From an uncultured Oscillospiraceae bacterium (GTDB taxonomy: Bacteria; Bacillota; Clostridia; Oscillospirales; Acutalibacteraceae), in assembly GCA_900549755.1 (NCBI GenBank), contig URPQ01000001.1, positions 13,947-77,946 of the forward strand: 64,000 nucleotides of DNA, given 5' to 3'. The notes beneath the pieces are model-generated. The model was not told where the DNA came from, made no database searches, and saw nothing but the letters and a program-made list of their open reading frames with translations. Shown here piece after piece: positions 48,444 through 57,610 of the stretch (the first letter of the stretch is position 1; each line of letters begins with the position of its first letter). The position numbers and the translations under genes are program-made.

Positions 48444-49238
48444 TTACTTCTGCTCGATTACAGCTTCCTGAACGCCGTATGTAGTTGCGGTTTCTTTCAT
48501 AGAGCCGTTAGAATACGCTTTCTTGAAGAAATCGTTGAGCTTTTCAGCCAAATCAGAGCCCTTGCGGAAGCCTACGCCGAAATCTTCTTCATCAGCTACG
48601 CCTACGGTGTAAGCTAAGTTTTCATAGCTTGTGCCCTCGCCTATCATAGCGCCCGCCATAAGCAGGTCTATAACCGCCGCGTCGCTTGTGCCCGCGTTAA
48701 CCTCCATAAGCGCGTCGGACTGTGCGCCGACAGCCGTTACACTGTAGCCAAGGTCTTTGAGCGCCTTTTCTCCGGCAGAGCCTGCCTCAGCTGCAAATTT
48801 AAGGTCCTTAACGCTTTCGATTGTCTTATACTTATCGGCTACATCCTTTTTAACCACTACAACCTGCGTGTTCTTGCAGTAAGCGTTTGAAACCTCCATG
48901 CCGTTCTTAACCTCGTCGGTTATCGTCATACCGTTCCATACGCAGTCAATGCTTTTGCCTTTAAGCTCCATTAATTTGTTATCCCACTCGATAACAACAA
49001 ATTCCGCCTCAACGCCCAGCTCCTTTGCAAACGCCTTTGCCATATCTGCGTCAAAGCCTATCCACTCGCCGCTGCCCTCGGTCTTTTTATAATCCATAGG
49101 AGCGTAATCGGTTATACCTATAACAAGCTTGCCCTTTTCCTTTACATACTCGCTGTCGGTTTGATCCTTACCTTTTCCGCAGGCGGTGAACATAACCGCG
49201 AGACACACACACATTACCATTGCCAATAATTTTTTCAT
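48444..49238 (-). CDS. amino-acid ABC transporter substrate-binding lipoprotein (family 3 SBP)
   Basis: Lipobox FTACG; SBP_bac_3-like sequence. Confidence 0.8.
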   Translation of the reverse strand: MKKLLAMVMCVCLAVMFTACGKGKDQTDSEYVKEKGKLVIGITDYAPMDYKKTEGSGEWIGFDADMAKAFAKELGVEAEFVVIEWDNKLMELKGKSIDCVWNGMTITDEVKNGMEVSNAYCKNTQVVVVKKDVADKYKTIESVKDLKFAAEAGSAGEKALKDLGYSVTAVGAQSDALMEVNAGTSDAAVIDLLMAGAMIGEGTSYENLAYTVGVADEEDFGVGFRKGSDLAEKLNDFFKKAYSNGSMKETATTYGVQEAVIEQK

Positions 49239-49408
49239 TTTTCTGCACCTCTGTTTAAGTAGTTGTCCTTATTATACTTCATTACGATAAAGTTGTAAAG
49301 TGTTTTTTTAAATTTTTTTAAAGTTTTAAGGTTTGGAATAAATGTTATAAATATTTCGACATAATTTTGGTATATATTCAACAATGTAGCATTTGTTTAA
49401 GAAGAAAT

Positions 49409-49437
49409 TTGACAAACGGGGCGGATTATGGTATATT
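49409..49437 (+). promoter_or_regulatory. sigma-A promoter TTGACA-17-TATATT
   Basis: Direct inspection upstream of the kinase gene. Confidence 0.5.
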
Positions 49438-49470
49438 TATTTTTATAACACAATTTAGGTGGAGATATTT

Positions 49471-50574
49471 ATGTCAATATCTGTTTCCGAACAGAAAACC
49501 GCAAAGGAAATTGCGGAGAAATTTAATCTTCCCGGCAAAATTACGGGCTGCGAGTGCTTCGGCAGCGGCCATATAAACAGCACCTTTCTTCTTGAAATGG
49601 CAGAGGGCGGCAAAAAGAAAAAATACATACTTCAGGCAATAAACACCAATGTTTTCAAAAACATTTGTGCGGTTATGGAAAACATTGACCGCGTGACCGC
49701 GCATATTAAAGAAAGCGCGGCGGACGGAGAAAAGATAATTAACTTTTTAAGGTCGGAGGACGGACATACATATTATATAGACGAAAATAAAACCTTTTGG
49801 CGGATTTATGAGTTTATAGATAATTCTGTAAGCATTGATCTGCCCGAAAGCGACGAGGATTTTTACCAGTGCGCCTTAGCCTTCGGTAAATTTCAGAAGG
49901 CGCTCAATGACTTTCCCGCAGAAAGCCTGCATGAAATAATTCCGGATTTTCACAATACCCCGAAAAGGTACAAGGATTTTCTGCAATCGGTAAGTGAAGA
50001 CCGCTCGGGCAGAGCGCACCTTGTAAAGCCGGAAATTGATTTTATTAAGGCGCGCGCCGACTTTTACCCCGTGCTTTTTGAAAACCACAGCGCGGGCAAG
50101 CTGCCGCTGCGAGTCAGCCATAACGATACCAAGTGCAACAACGTTTTGCTTGATAACACCACGCGCAAGGCGCTTTGCGTTATAGACCTTGATACAATTA
50201 TGCCCGGCTTTTCGGTAACCGATTTCGGCGACGCAATACGTTTCGGTGCAAGCACCGCGGCAGAGGATGAAAAGGACCTTTCAAAGGTTAAGCTTGATAT
50301 GGAGAAATTCCGCGTATACACAAAGGGCTTTTTAGACGGCTGCGGCGGGCTTTTATCAGATGCCGAAATTATGCTGCTGCCCGAGGGCGCTAAAATGATG
50401 ACTATTGAATGCGGAATGCGATTTTTAGCAGATTTCATTGACGGCGACAAGTATTTTAAAATTGCCTATCCCGAGCATAATCTTGACCGCTGCCGCACCC
50501 AGTTAAAGCTTGTAAGCGAAATGGAAGACCACTGGGACGAAATGAAAAAATGCGTTTCGGAATATGTAAAATAA
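49471..50574 (+). CDS. APH-fold sugar kinase, N-acetylhexosamine 1-kinase (NahK)-like
   Basis: Brenner motif RVSHNDTKCNNVLLD, IDLDTIMPGF, DFGDAIRFGAS, ECGMRFLADF, YPEHNL resemble NahK-family kinases as I recall them; AGGTGGAG RBS; start at the ATG at 49471. Confidence 0.6.
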   Translation: MSISVSEQKTAKEIAEKFNLPGKITGCECFGSGHINSTFLLEMAEGGKKKKYILQAINTNVFKNICAVMENIDRVTAHIKESAADGEKIINFLRSEDGHTYYIDENKTFWRIYEFIDNSVSIDLPESDEDFYQCALAFGKFQKALNDFPAESLHEIIPDFHNTPKRYKDFLQSVSEDRSGRAHLVKPEIDFIKARADFYPVLFENHSAGKLPLRVSHNDTKCNNVLLDNTTRKALCVIDLDTIMPGFSVTDFGDAIRFGASTAAEDEKDLSKVKLDMEKFRVYTKGFLDGCGGLLSDAEIMLLPEGAKMMTIECGMRFLADFIDGDKYFKIAYPEHNLDRCRTQLKLVSEMEDHWDEMKKCVSEYVK

Positions 50575-50918
50575 AAAACGCGGTTGCCGAACTATACACC
50601 GCGATTGAAAGCACTGTGAATACGCCCGATGACGAGCATTACGCCGCCGCCCTTAATACTGCTGTAAGCACACAGCAAATTTGCTGCAACGCATACGGCG
50701 AAATAAGCGATTCGGCGGCAATCTAGTGTGACAGGACTCTAACCTGTCGCGGTTTCGCTCGCCGCCTTTTAGAGAAAATTTTATTGCTTTATAACGCTCC
50801 ACTCTCATCTGTCAGCACAACAAGCGAAAAGGTAAAGGAAATTGAAGGCTTTTATAAATCGCTGTCGCTGCTTAATGACGATATGATGAATTTAACCGAA
50901 TATTTATCTGATATATAA

Positions 50919-50964
50919 AGTAAGAGGAGCTGCCTTAACACGGCAGCCCCTCTTACTGTTTTAT
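50919..50964. terminator. bidirectional intrinsic terminator
   Basis: gtaagaggagctgcc-ttaacac-ggcagcccctcttac; 15-bp stem flanked by A/T runs on both sides. Confidence 0.7.
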
Positions 50965-50966
50965 AA

Positions 50967-52352
50967 TTATTTTTGCATAATATATTCGTCAATCGCTTTG
51001 GCGGCGGTTTTACCCGCGCCCATAGCAAGAATAACGGTTGCAGCGCCGGTAACGGCGTCGCCGCCGGCGTAAACTCCGTCGCGGCTGGTTTTGCCGGTTT
51101 CCTCGTTTACAATTATTCCGCCGCGCTTATTTACTTCAAGTCCGCTTGTGGTGGACTTTATAAGCGGGTTGGGGGATGTGCCGATAGACATTATAACACA
51201 ATCAGCCTCAACCTCGTATTCGCTGCCCTCAACGGGAACGGGACGCGCGCGCCCCGATTCATCGGGCTCTGACAGCTTCATTTCCTGGCAGAGAATACTC
51301 TTTACCCAGCCGTCTTCACCCTCAATTTTAATCGGGTTGGTAAGGAATTTAAACTCAATTCCTTCCTCCATTGCGTGTTCAACCTCTTCTCTGCGGGCGG
51401 GCAGCTCGTTTTCGGTGCGGCGGTAAACCACGGTAACGTCCGCTCCCAGGCGCTTTGCGGTACGCGCCGCGTCCATAGCAACGTTGCCGCCGCCTACTAT
51501 AACCGCCTTTTTTGCGTGCATAACGGGGGTAGCGCTGCCGTCCTTGTAGGCTTTCATAAGGTTATTGCGGGTTAAAAACTCATTGGCGGAATAAACGCCG
51601 CAGAGCGCCTCGCCCTCAATTCCCATAAAGCGGGGCAGTCCCGCGCCCGAGCCGATAAACACCGCCTCGTAGCCCATATCGAAAAGCTCGTCAACCGTAA
51701 CGGTTTTGCCTATTATCACGTTGGTATCAATTTCAACGCCTAATTGCTTTAAGGTATCAACCTCTTTTTTAACTATTGCCTTCGGCAGGCGGAACTCGGG
51801 TATTCCGTAAACCAAAACGCCGCCCGCGGTGTGCAGAGCCTCAAAAACCGCAACCTTATAGCCCTTTTTGGCAAGGTCGCCCGCACAGGTAAGTCCCGAG
51901 GGACCCGAGCCTACCACCGCCACCTTATGACCGTTAGGCTCCGGGCGGGTAATATTGCCCTTGGCGTGCTCGTTGTGCCAGTCGGCAACAAAGCGCTCCA
52001 GCCTGCCTATGCCCACAGGCTCGCCCTTTATGCCGCGCACGCACTTTGCCTCGCACTGCTTCTCCTGCGGACATACTCTGCCGCAAACGGCGGGCAGGCT
52101 TGAGGACTGCGCTATTACCCTGTAAGCACCCTCAAAGTCGCCCTCTTTTACCTTTTCTATAAACGCCGGTATATGAATATTAACGGGGCAGCCCGAAACA
52201 CAGGGCATATGCTTGCAGTTAAGGCAGCGTGTAGCCTCTTCAAGCGCGGTTTCCTCGCTGTAACCGAGGGCAACCTCGGAAAAATTGTGATTGCGCACAT
52301 CGGGTGCCTGAACCGGCATTTCGTGCTTTTTGGGATCCATATTAACAGCCAT
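50967..52352 (-). CDS. nfnB: NADH-dependent reduced ferredoxin:NADP+ oxidoreductase subunit B (GltD-like)
   Basis: GltD-family FAD/NAD(P) domains; N-terminal 2x[4Fe-4S] Cys pattern (CLNCKHMPCVSGCP, CGRVCPQEKQCEAKC); paired with the PyrK-like subunit. Confidence 0.75.
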   Translation of the reverse strand: MAVNMDPKKHEMPVQAPDVRNHNFSEVALGYSEETALEEATRCLNCKHMPCVSGCPVNIHIPAFIEKVKEGDFEGAYRVIAQSSSLPAVCGRVCPQEKQCEAKCVRGIKGEPVGIGRLERFVADWHNEHAKGNITRPEPNGHKVAVVGSGPSGLTCAGDLAKKGYKVAVFEALHTAGGVLVYGIPEFRLPKAIVKKEVDTLKQLGVEIDTNVIIGKTVTVDELFDMGYEAVFIGSGAGLPRFMGIEGEALCGVYSANEFLTRNNLMKAYKDGSATPVMHAKKAVIVGGGNVAMDAARTAKRLGADVTVVYRRTENELPARREEVEHAMEEGIEFKFLTNPIKIEGEDGWVKSILCQEMKLSEPDESGRARPVPVEGSEYEVEADCVIMSIGTSPNPLIKSTTSGLEVNKRGGIIVNEETGKTSRDGVYAGGDAVTGAATVILAMGAGKTAAKAIDEYIMQK

Positions 52353-52354
52353 TA

Positions 52355-53197
52355 TTACCGCGCCTCCTTTTTAAATAAATTGCAGGTTTCTTCGTATGCG
52401 TGTCTCTCGAAATCGCGGTACATAGCGCCGCGCTTCATAGCCTCGTCAAAATCGACCTCGAAGCCGTCAAAATCGGGCCCGTCAACGCAAGCAAACCTTG
52501 TTTGCCCGCCCACGGTAAGGCGGCAGCCGCCGCACATACCCGTGCCGTCAATCATAATCGGGTTCATTGAAACAACCGTTTTAACGCCCGCAGGCTTGGT
52601 GGTTGCAACAACAAACTTCATCATAATAAGCGGACCTATTGTTATAACCTCGTCGTAATTTTCGCCCGCGTCGATAGCCTCCTTAAGCGGAGCGGTAACA
52701 ACGCCCTTTGTGCCGTAAGAGCCGTCGTCGGTCATTATCGTAAGCTTATCGGAGCAGGCGGAGAACTCCTCCTCCAAAATGACTAAATCCTTATTACGGA
52801 ATCCAACTATGGTGTGCACCTCGCAGCCCTCGGCGTGCAGCTTTTCGGCTATAGGCAGCGCTATTGCGCAGCCTACGCCGCCGCCCACAACGCAGACCTT
52901 GCGCAGTCCCTCAGTCTCGGTAGGCTTACCGAGAGGACCCGCAAAATCGGCAAGGCAGTCTCCCACGTTTTTATGATTCAGCTTTTCGGTGGTAGCGCCC
53001 ACAATCTGAAATATAATTTTAACCGTGCCTTTCTCGCGGTCAAAGCCCGCAACGGTAAGCGGAATACGCTCGCCGTCTTCATCGGTGCGGAGGATAATGA
53101 ACTGACCCGCCTCGGCTTTTTTAGCCACAAGCGGCGCTTCAATATCCATCATGGTAACGGTTGGGTTCAGGTTTCGTTTGCTTACGATTTTAAACAT
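52355..53197 (-). CDS. nfnA: NfnA / sulfide-dehydrogenase-like FAD-[2Fe-2S] subunit (PyrK family)
   Basis: Ferredoxin-reductase-type FAD/NAD domains with C-terminal CGGCRLTVGGQTRFACVDGP 2Fe-2S motif; the stop is separated from the nfnB start by 2 nt. Confidence 0.75.
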   Translation of the reverse strand: MFKIVSKRNLNPTVTMMDIEAPLVAKKAEAGQFIILRTDEDGERIPLTVAGFDREKGTVKIIFQIVGATTEKLNHKNVGDCLADFAGPLGKPTETEGLRKVCVVGGGVGCAIALPIAEKLHAEGCEVHTIVGFRNKDLVILEEEFSACSDKLTIMTDDGSYGTKGVVTAPLKEAIDAGENYDEVITIGPLIMMKFVVATTKPAGVKTVVSMNPIMIDGTGMCGGCRLTVGGQTRFACVDGPDFDGFEVDFDEAMKRGAMYRDFERHAYEETCNLFKKEAR

Positions 53198-53223
53198 TTT
53201 ACGGTATCATTCCTTAAATAGAT

Positions 53224-54420
53224 TTAAAAATCCACCTCTGTGCCGTAGTAGGTGCATTTAAATAGCTTAGCCATAGTGGCAGGGTCAATTGCGCGGGGGT
53301 TAGAGCCTGTGCAGGCGTCGCCCACGGCGTTTGCGGCAATTTCATCAACCTTGGCGTTAAATTCAGCCTCATCAACGCCGAAGTCCTTTAAGGTGTGCGG
53401 TATATCGAAAATGCCGTTCATACTGCCTATAAGCGTGCAAAGGCTCTCAATAAGCGCCTTATCGCTGCTGCCGGGCAGACCTAACATTCTTGCAATATCG
53501 GCATATCTTTCAGCGGCTCTTTCGTCATGCGCGTTGTATTTTATAACATATGGCAGGTAAATTGCGTTTGCGCAACCGTGCGGCAGGTGTCTGCCCTTCA
53601 TGCTGCCCTCGCAAAAAGCGGCGCCGGTTTTGTGTGCCATTGAGTGAACAATGCCGAGCAGTGCGTTTGAAAACGCCATTCCCGCAAGGCACTGTGCGTT
53701 GTGCATAGCGGCGCGGGACTCGCGATTGCCCTTGTAGGATGAGGGCAGGTACGAGGTTACCATTTCAATTGCCTTCATAGCAAGCGCGTCGGTATAATCA
53801 TTAGCGGCGGTGGAAACATACGCTTCAATTGCGTGGGTCAGCGCGTCCATACCGGTGTGCGCTATAAGCTTTTGCGGCATTGTCTGTGCAAGCTCGGGGT
53901 CAACTATTGCAACATCCGGTGTTATATTAAAGTCCGCCAGCGGGTACTTAATGCCCTTTGAGTAATCGGTAATTACCGAGAAAGCGGTAACCTCCGTAGC
54001 AGTTCCCGAGGTTGAGGAAATAGCGCAGAATTTAGCCTTCTGGCGAAGCTCGGGGAAATTAAAGGGAACGCAGAGCGACTCAAAGGTAACATCGGGGTAT
54101 TCATAAAACGCCCACATAGCCTTTGCCGCGTCTATCGGGGAGCCGCCGCCTATTGCAACTATCCAGTCAGGCTGGAATTTACGCATAGCCTCGGCGCCGC
54201 GCATAACGGTTTCAACAGAGGGGTCTGGCTCAACACCCTCAAACAGCTCTACCTCCATTCCCGCCTCTTTAAGGTAATTTACTGCCTTATCAAGAAAGCC
54301 GAAACGCTTCATAGAGCCGCCGCCCACAACTACTATCGCCTTTTTGCCTTTGAGGTTTTTCAGGTTTTCCATTGCGTTTTCGCCGAAATAAATATCTCTG
54401 GGTAAAGTGAATCTTGACAT
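53224..54420 (-). CDS. iron-containing alcohol dehydrogenase
   Basis: GGGSPIDAAK motif and His-rich metal site; 398 aa. Confidence 0.85.
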   Translation of the reverse strand: MSRFTLPRDIYFGENAMENLKNLKGKKAIVVVGGGSMKRFGFLDKAVNYLKEAGMEVELFEGVEPDPSVETVMRGAEAMRKFQPDWIVAIGGGSPIDAAKAMWAFYEYPDVTFESLCVPFNFPELRQKAKFCAISSTSGTATEVTAFSVITDYSKGIKYPLADFNITPDVAIVDPELAQTMPQKLIAHTGMDALTHAIEAYVSTAANDYTDALAMKAIEMVTSYLPSSYKGNRESRAAMHNAQCLAGMAFSNALLGIVHSMAHKTGAAFCEGSMKGRHLPHGCANAIYLPYVIKYNAHDERAAERYADIARMLGLPGSSDKALIESLCTLIGSMNGIFDIPHTLKDFGVDEAEFNAKVDEIAANAVGDACTGSNPRAIDPATMAKLFKCTYYGTEVDF

Positions 54421-54550
54421 ATGCCATTCCTCCGTTTTTTATTTGGTAAGTTTATTATACACAATTTTAAAATAAAACGGAAATATGATAAATATATATC
54501 AGGTATATGTTACAGTATATGTCATTTTTCTACACAAAAAGTTAAATATT

Positions 54551-55225
54551 TTAAGCTTTGCTTTCGGCGGACAGTAATTTTATTACCCCTTTTTCCGCTT
54601 TGAAATGTATTTCAAGGCTTTTAAATGTAAAGCCGTACACTCTCTCAGGGTCGGTTTGGTAATGCGGGCGCGGGTCTTCCTCTAAAATTTTCTTTAATTG
54701 CAAAAGCGTTTCCGCGTCCAGTGTATCTGCAATGCTTTCGGGAATTTCCACCGTCGCCTTTTCACCGAATTTTTCAGCGGCAAAGCCGCAAACCGCGTGG
54801 GGGTAAGAGTCTGAAAAGCTTAAATACGGCTTTATATCGTAAATCAGCGTGCCGTCCATCATATCAATTCCCGAAACCTCTAGCACCGCGCCCAGCTTTT
54901 TATCAAGGCTTATTTTTTCAAGCCTTACGGCAGAAAGCCCTATGGGGTTAGGGCGGTTGGGCGAGCGGGTTGCAAAAACTCCTACACGCTTATTTCCGCC
55001 CAGCCTCGGCGGGCGCACCGTGGGCGACCAATCGCCGCCCTTAAAGCCCGAAAATTCCCACAAAAGCCATATATGCGAGTATTCTTCAAGCCCTCGCACG
55101 GCGGAAATATCGCGGTATTCAGGCTCAAACACTATTTTCCCGCGTAAATTTTCTACTAATCCGCTTTGCCGCGGCAGCCCGAATTTTTCGGGAAAATCGG
55201 TATAAATTTTCGCTATCGGACGCAT
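54551..55225 (-). CDS. trmO: tRNA (t6A37-N6)-methyltransferase TrmO (TsaA/YaeB family)
   Basis: VFATRSPNRPNPIGLS family signature. Confidence 0.75.
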   Translation of the reverse strand: MRPIAKIYTDFPEKFGLPRQSGLVENLRGKIVFEPEYRDISAVRGLEEYSHIWLLWEFSGFKGGDWSPTVRPPRLGGNKRVGVFATRSPNRPNPIGLSAVRLEKISLDKKLGAVLEVSGIDMMDGTLIYDIKPYLSFSDSYPHAVCGFAAEKFGEKATVEIPESIADTLDAETLLQLKKILEEDPRPHYQTDPERVYGFTFKSLEIHFKAEKGVIKLLSAESKA

Positions 55226-57504
55226 TATCCGTCGCCCCCGGCAGGTGTATCGGATGACGGCGGAGTGGGCTCGGTAGACGAGCTTTCCGATGAGGATGAC
55301 GGTGTATCGGGCTGTGAGGTAGAGGTGTCGGACGATGTGTCGGACGGCGTTGATGATGAAGATGTGTTTTCCGACGAGGTTACTGTGGACGACGACCCGG
55401 AAGAAGACGGTGCAGAGCTGCTTGAAGACGATGCCGACGAAGAAGACGCGGCAGATGAAGAATTATAATAGATAGGCGTTTCAACCTTTGCACCCTTTTT
55501 ATAGTAGCCTATGCCCTTTTTAACAACGTCCTCGCTGTCCTCAAATTCCTTTACATCAAGGTTTCTGTGCACCTCGGTCATAACGTCGCGCCATATTTTA
55601 GCCGCCGCGCCGCCGTTATATATATTGTGCGATAAGTCAAAGCCGTACCAAACGGAGCCTATATAATAAGGAGAGCCGGCAACCATCCAAAGGTCGTAGG
55701 ATTCGCTTGAAGTACCTGTTTTGGCATATGCCTTGAGCTTGTAGTTAAAGCCCCTTATTCCGCCGCCGGTGCCCTCGCTGCCGTAAACAACCTCTTGCAA
55801 AAGGTGGTTCATTATGGTGGCGGAGGCAGGGCTTATTACCTGCTCGCCGGTATCGTCATATTTAATTATGGTATCGCCGTTTGCGTGCTTTATTTCGTAA
55901 TATGTCGTCGGCTTGTGGTAAACGCCCTTATTGCCGAAAATCGCGTAAGCCGCGGCGGATTCGGTGGTGGTAATGCCGTAGTGCGTGCCGCCGAGAGCCA
56001 GCGCCGCAAGGTTTTTGTCAGCCTCAACCAAATGCCTGCAGTGCAGCTTTTGGGTTAAGAAATTATACGAATCGGTAACCCCTACCTCTTGCAGAAGCCG
56101 CACGGGAATAGTATTCATTGATTTGCGTATTGCGTAGTTAAGGGAAACCGTGCCCTTATAGTAGCCGTACCATTCCTTCGGCCCGCTCTTGCCGTCGGCA
56201 TAGTATTTTTCTATCGGCTTATCGAGCACGCGGGAGGTGTAATCCACAATGTTCTTATCTATTGCCAGCGCGTAAACGCCTATCGGCTTCATGGTAGAGC
56301 CGGGCTGACGCGGCGAATCGGTAGCGCGGTTAAGCCCGCGGTTTGTGGTTTTTTCACCCGCTCCCCCCACTATTCCGACTATATGCCCCTTATAGTCCAT
56401 AACCGTCATAGCAGATTGCGCATGCGCGGTTACGCCGTTATCATAGGTCGCCTTTTGGGGGAAATAGGTGTCAATATTTGTGTAAACCTTTTCCATTTGC
56501 GCCTGTATATCGGGCTTTAGGGTGGAGTATATTTTAAAGCCGCCGTTATAGAAAAGGGTTGAAGCCATTTGAGTATTCAGGTTGTATTTTTCCGCAAGGT
56601 CGTCTATTACCTGGTCTATCAGCGCGTCAACAAAATAGCTGTTTATTTCGCCCTCGTATTCGTCCTTTTGCGAATCGTCTATCTTAAGCTCGGTGTTATA
56701 CGCCTTATCGTACTCATCATAGCTTATCATTTTAAGCTCCAGCATTTTATCAAGCACCGTTTGCCGCCGCTTTTTGTTTTCCACCGCACCCTTTTCGGTT
56801 ACGGGGTTAAATCTTGAGGGGTTTTTGGTTATTGCCGCAAGGGCGGCGCATTCGGTTAAATTAAGCTCGCTTACATCCTTATTAAAATAGTAGTTCGCCG
56901 CCACCTGAACGCCGCAAATGCCGTTGCCGAGGGATATTGTATTAAGGTATGCTTCAAGTATCTCTTTTTTTGTGAGCTTGCGGGTTATAAGTGTTGCGCG
57001 CACAATTTCGCGTAATTTGCGCATGGCGTCGCGGTCCTTATCGTTCGTAACGTTTTTTATAAGCTGCTGCGTTATGGTGGAGCCGCCAAATTCGGTGGAA
57101 TTAAATTTTAAAAGCTTATTACCCACAGCCGCAAAGGTTCTTTTCCAGTCAACCCCGCGGTTTTCGTAAAATCGCTCGTCCTCAATGGCAATAAAGGCGT
57201 TGCCCAATTGCGCGGGCATTTTATCAATTCCCGCCCACAGGCGGTTTTCGCTGCCGTGCAGGCGGCGGTATTCCTCCCACTGCCCCTTAGCGTTCTGAAC
57301 GTATATGACCGTAGTCATATTCATTTCCATATTTTTAATATTGCTCACGATTTTATTGGACGAGAAAAAGTCTATCTTCCTATCCGATTTTATATAAGTG
57401 GGAATAACAAAGATTAAAAAAACAGTTGTTACAATAAGCAGCCCCGATAAAAACACGGTAAGCTTTTTAAAAATCTTTTCCATAGTTCCCTGCCTTTCCT
57501 GCAT
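55225..57504 (-). CDS. class A penicillin-binding protein (PBP1A: transglycosylase + transpeptidase) with Ser/Thr/Asp-rich C-terminal tail
   Basis: GT51 motifs (TITQQLIKN, RKxxE), SxxK STMKP, KTG motif; N-terminal TM; about 80-aa low-complexity tail. Confidence 0.9.
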   Translation of the reverse strand: MQERQGTMEKIFKKLTVFLSGLLIVTTVFLIFVIPTYIKSDRKIDFFSSNKIVSNIKNMEMNMTTVIYVQNAKGQWEEYRRLHGSENRLWAGIDKMPAQLGNAFIAIEDERFYENRGVDWKRTFAAVGNKLLKFNSTEFGGSTITQQLIKNVTNDKDRDAMRKLREIVRATLITRKLTKKEILEAYLNTISLGNGICGVQVAANYYFNKDVSELNLTECAALAAITKNPSRFNPVTEKGAVENKKRRQTVLDKMLELKMISYDEYDKAYNTELKIDDSQKDEYEGEINSYFVDALIDQVIDDLAEKYNLNTQMASTLFYNGGFKIYSTLKPDIQAQMEKVYTNIDTYFPQKATYDNGVTAHAQSAMTVMDYKGHIVGIVGGAGEKTTNRGLNRATDSPRQPGSTMKPIGVYALAIDKNIVDYTSRVLDKPIEKYYADGKSGPKEWYGYYKGTVSLNYAIRKSMNTIPVRLLQEVGVTDSYNFLTQKLHCRHLVEADKNLAALALGGTHYGITTTESAAAYAIFGNKGVYHKPTTYYEIKHANGDTIIKYDDTGEQVISPASATIMNHLLQEVVYGSEGTGGGIRGFNYKLKAYAKTGTSSESYDLWMVAGSPYYIGSVWYGFDLSHNIYNGGAAAKIWRDVMTEVHRNLDVKEFEDSEDVVKKGIGYYKKGAKVETPIYYNSSSAASSSSASSSSSSAPSSSGSSSTVTSSENTSSSSTPSDTSSDTSTSQPDTPSSSSESSSTEPTPPSSDTPAGGDG

Positions 57505-57610
57505 ACTGATTTGATTATAACACTAACTTGCTTATTTATCAAATATTTTTTAAACATTCATAATGTATTTAAAAATTGGGAATATAATGCATAGGTCTGG
57601 AGGAATATGG

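Noticed and set aside
50715-50770. tRNA-like anticodon arm GACAGG-ACUCUAA-CCUGUC suggesting an amber-suppressor (CUA) tRNA
   Set aside because: Flanking sequence is far too short for D- and T-arms (9 and 18 nt available), and position 33 would be C; it is a plain nested hairpin/terminator.
55166-55468. Plus-strand ORF encoding an Asp/Glu/Val/Gly-rich 100-aa protein
   Set aside because: It is the antisense reading of the Ser-rich low-complexity tail of the PBP1A gene; a compositional artefact.
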